64,000 nt of DNA from Octopus vulgaris (taxonomy: Eukaryota), in NCBI GenBank assembly GCA_951406725.2, contig OX597817.1:52700001-52764000 (forward strand). The letters are read 5' to 3'. Below the pieces are notes generated by a model that was not told the origin of the DNA, ran no database searches, and saw only the letters and a list, made by a program, of their open reading frames with translations. The stretch's first letter is position 1. Every line of letters begins with the position of its first letter. Shown here piece by piece: positions 58,643 through 64,000 of this stretch. The position numbers and the translations under genes are program-made.

Positions 58643-58797
58643 ATTTATAATATAGAAGGAGCTTCTACAGGACTAGAACTGTTTCGAAACAGTTCTAGTC
58701 CTGTAGAAGCTCCTTCTATATAATAAATTAATTTTACTCTGCTATGTATTGAGTACCTTATTTACTGTGGTTAACCCCGAATCAACCCGGGACCTAC
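58643..58797 (+). mobile_element. Short insertion with an 86-bp spacerless palindrome, probably a 5'-inverted PLE/retrozyme tail
   Basis: Perfect palindrome 58650-58721 centred on tttc|gaaa; right arm reads GAAAC-agttcta-GTC, like an HHR 3' half. Confidence 0.7.
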
Positions 58798-58809
58798 ATA
58801 TATATATAC

Positions 58810-58890
<81 letters not shown>

Positions 58891-59078
58891 TATATACACA
58901 TATATATATGTGTATATATATATACATATATATATACACATATATATATACACATATATATATACACATATATATATACATATATATATACATATATATA
59001 TACACATATATATATATATACATATATATATACACATATATATACATATATATATACATATATATATATACATATACA

Positions 59079-59142
<64 letters not shown>

Positions 59143-59241
59143 CATATACATATATATATACATATATACATACATATATATATACATATATATATACATA
59201 TATATATACATATATATATACATATACATATATATATATAC

Positions 59242-59272
<31 letters not shown>

Positions 59273-59339
59273 CATATATATATACATATACATATATACA
59301 TATATATATATATGTATATAAAAGTAATATACATATATA

Positions 59340-59808
59340 CAAAAAGTGTGGAGTGGAGCGAAAACATTTGAAGAGGATAAAATAATGCAAGTAAGACTCA
59401 AAAGAGATCAAAGGAAGAAGGTAACAATCGAGAAGGTGAATGACAATGACCTTTTTGTGTGCACAGTCTGTGACAGACCATGCCCGTCTTTTGCTGGCCT
59501 TAAATCTGATCTGCGAACACATGAAAAACGAACCTCCACAAACTATTCTGCCAATATGACTGTGCACACCTTTGAATGCAGTGTATGCCAGAAGGTTTGC
59601 AAATCCAACGGAAGCCTCAAAAGACATTTTAAGATCAACAAATAGCAGAACTTATCTGCAGCTCTTGGAGGTCCAAATCAGGGGTGCAATCTGTGTGGGT
59701 GTCATTTCAGAACATTGTCTGTTTTAAAAAGCCACACTAAATGCCATAATGGTGCTAAGGTGTAGGTACAGGAGGTAGTGAAACCCTGCATAAGGAGTAG
59801 ACAACCAC
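59340..59808 (+). pseudogene. Decayed C-terminus of an RTE-like LINE with three C2H2 fingers
   Basis: [33 protein letters not shown]; [14 protein letters not shown]; CNLCGCHFRTLSVLKSHTKCH after a stop. Confidence 0.6.
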
Positions 59809-59829
59809 CATATATATATATATTATGTT

Positions 59830-60146
59830 GTGCTTGAGAAGAAGGCCCATCAAGCTGAGCAAAACTGCAGTCGTGACAGATACCAGTGCCATGCAAACTG
59901 GCACCCATTCTGGTGGCATGTAAAAGTACCCTGGTGTCATGCAAATGGCACCTGTGCAGGTAGCATGTAAAAGCACCAATTAAACTCTTGGAGTGGTTGG
60001 TGTTAGGAAGGGCATCCAGTTGTCGAAAACCATGCCAAATCAGACTGGAGTCTGGTGCAGCCTTCCAGCATGCCAGTCCAGTCAAACCCATGCCAGCATG
60101 GACAACGGAAGTTAAATGATGGTGATTATGATGATGATGATGATGA
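59830..60146 (+). mobile_element. Diverged RTE-tail-related repeat
   Basis: gagtggttggtgttaggaagggcatccag..cccatgccagcatgga..(gat)n. Confidence 0.75.
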
Positions 60147-60190
60147 AATATGTACACACATACATATGCAAATACATACATATATATATA

Positions 60191-60370
60191 GCGAGAGTTT
60201 ATGAAAAAAACAAAAGACGAAGACAGGTAGTGTACAAAACAAACAGATGTATTAGTATAATGCTCAGGAATAGAAAAAGTCTTTTATGTTTCGAGCCTAC
60301 GCTCTTCTACAGAAAGGGACACAGAAAAAACAAGGAGAGAAAAAAATGTGTGTAGTGGCTAACGATCTAT
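60191..60370 (-). mobile_element. Short terminal fragment of the Neptune PLE family with degenerate HHR (60280-60316)
   Basis: Minus strand ctgtagaagagcgtaggctcgaaacataaaagac..cctgagca..atactaatac; homologous to about 53715-53910. Confidence 0.8.
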
Positions 60371-60937
60371 CATATATACATGCATTGCATGAATGCTTAC
60401 ATACATACATACAGACAGACATACAAAGATATGCATACACACATACACAGGTTACTCAGTATGTCTTACATCTAACTGAATGAATCAGCAAAATGCAAGA
60501 AAAATTAACTAGTAAAGTGTATAAATTTTAAGAACACAAACTTTCCATAACAATGGAGACCAGAATGTCACTTTGTCAGCTTTAAAAAACTTTCTTTGAA
60601 CAGCTATAACCCCACTGTGATCTACAGCATAAACTCCAGTTAAACAGGCTAATTAAAATACTTTCCAGCTCTAACCAGCAAGTGTTACAAATGCATAGAT
60701 TTAATGACCCGTGACCCACAGCCTCTAAATGTTGGTTGTTAGACAAACTGTGTCTGAGTGTGTAAATAAGAGGAGGTGTTTCAAAAACAGAAAGCTCAAT
60801 CATGTCCTTAATGAACAAGGTTTTAAAAATATCCCCAATGAACAGTCTTCAAACATACAGCAAACAAGGTTTTTTGAATACTCTCACTGGATGGAGATTT
60901 TGAAATACCTCCCACTCAAAAGATATCACAAACATAT

Positions 60938-64000
<3,063 letters not shown>

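Overview
Eukaryotic (animal) genomic DNA with no recognisable host gene. The repeat families resemble those I recall from octopus/coleoid cephalopod genomes (inference, not database-checked). The window is a nest of mobile elements in long (TA)n microsatellites. (i) Nine segments of a young APE-RT LINE with an (ATCA)n tail, one apparently full length with an N-terminal Myb/SANT-like domain and a CCCH zinc finger; every observable end abuts (TA)n. (ii) A related LINE family and an RTE-clade LINE with a PHD finger inside its RT region. (iii) A near-complete Naiad-type Penelope-like element (PLE) with 1.23-kb pseudo-LTRs and a 5'-truncated Neptune-type PLE. (iv) tRNA-derived SINEs and non-autonomous Helitron-like elements. 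The main signal not explained by ORFs is a set of type I hammerhead ribozyme (HHR) motifs: four complete families plus two half-motifs in foldbacks. These include a non-coding 352-bp tandem repeat with a canonical hammerhead per unit (14918-15587, minus strand), a candidate retrozyme/circular-RNA retroelement. A 100-N gap at 30894-30993 is flanked by a probable false duplication. The many Y/I-rich ORFs are microsatellite artefacts.
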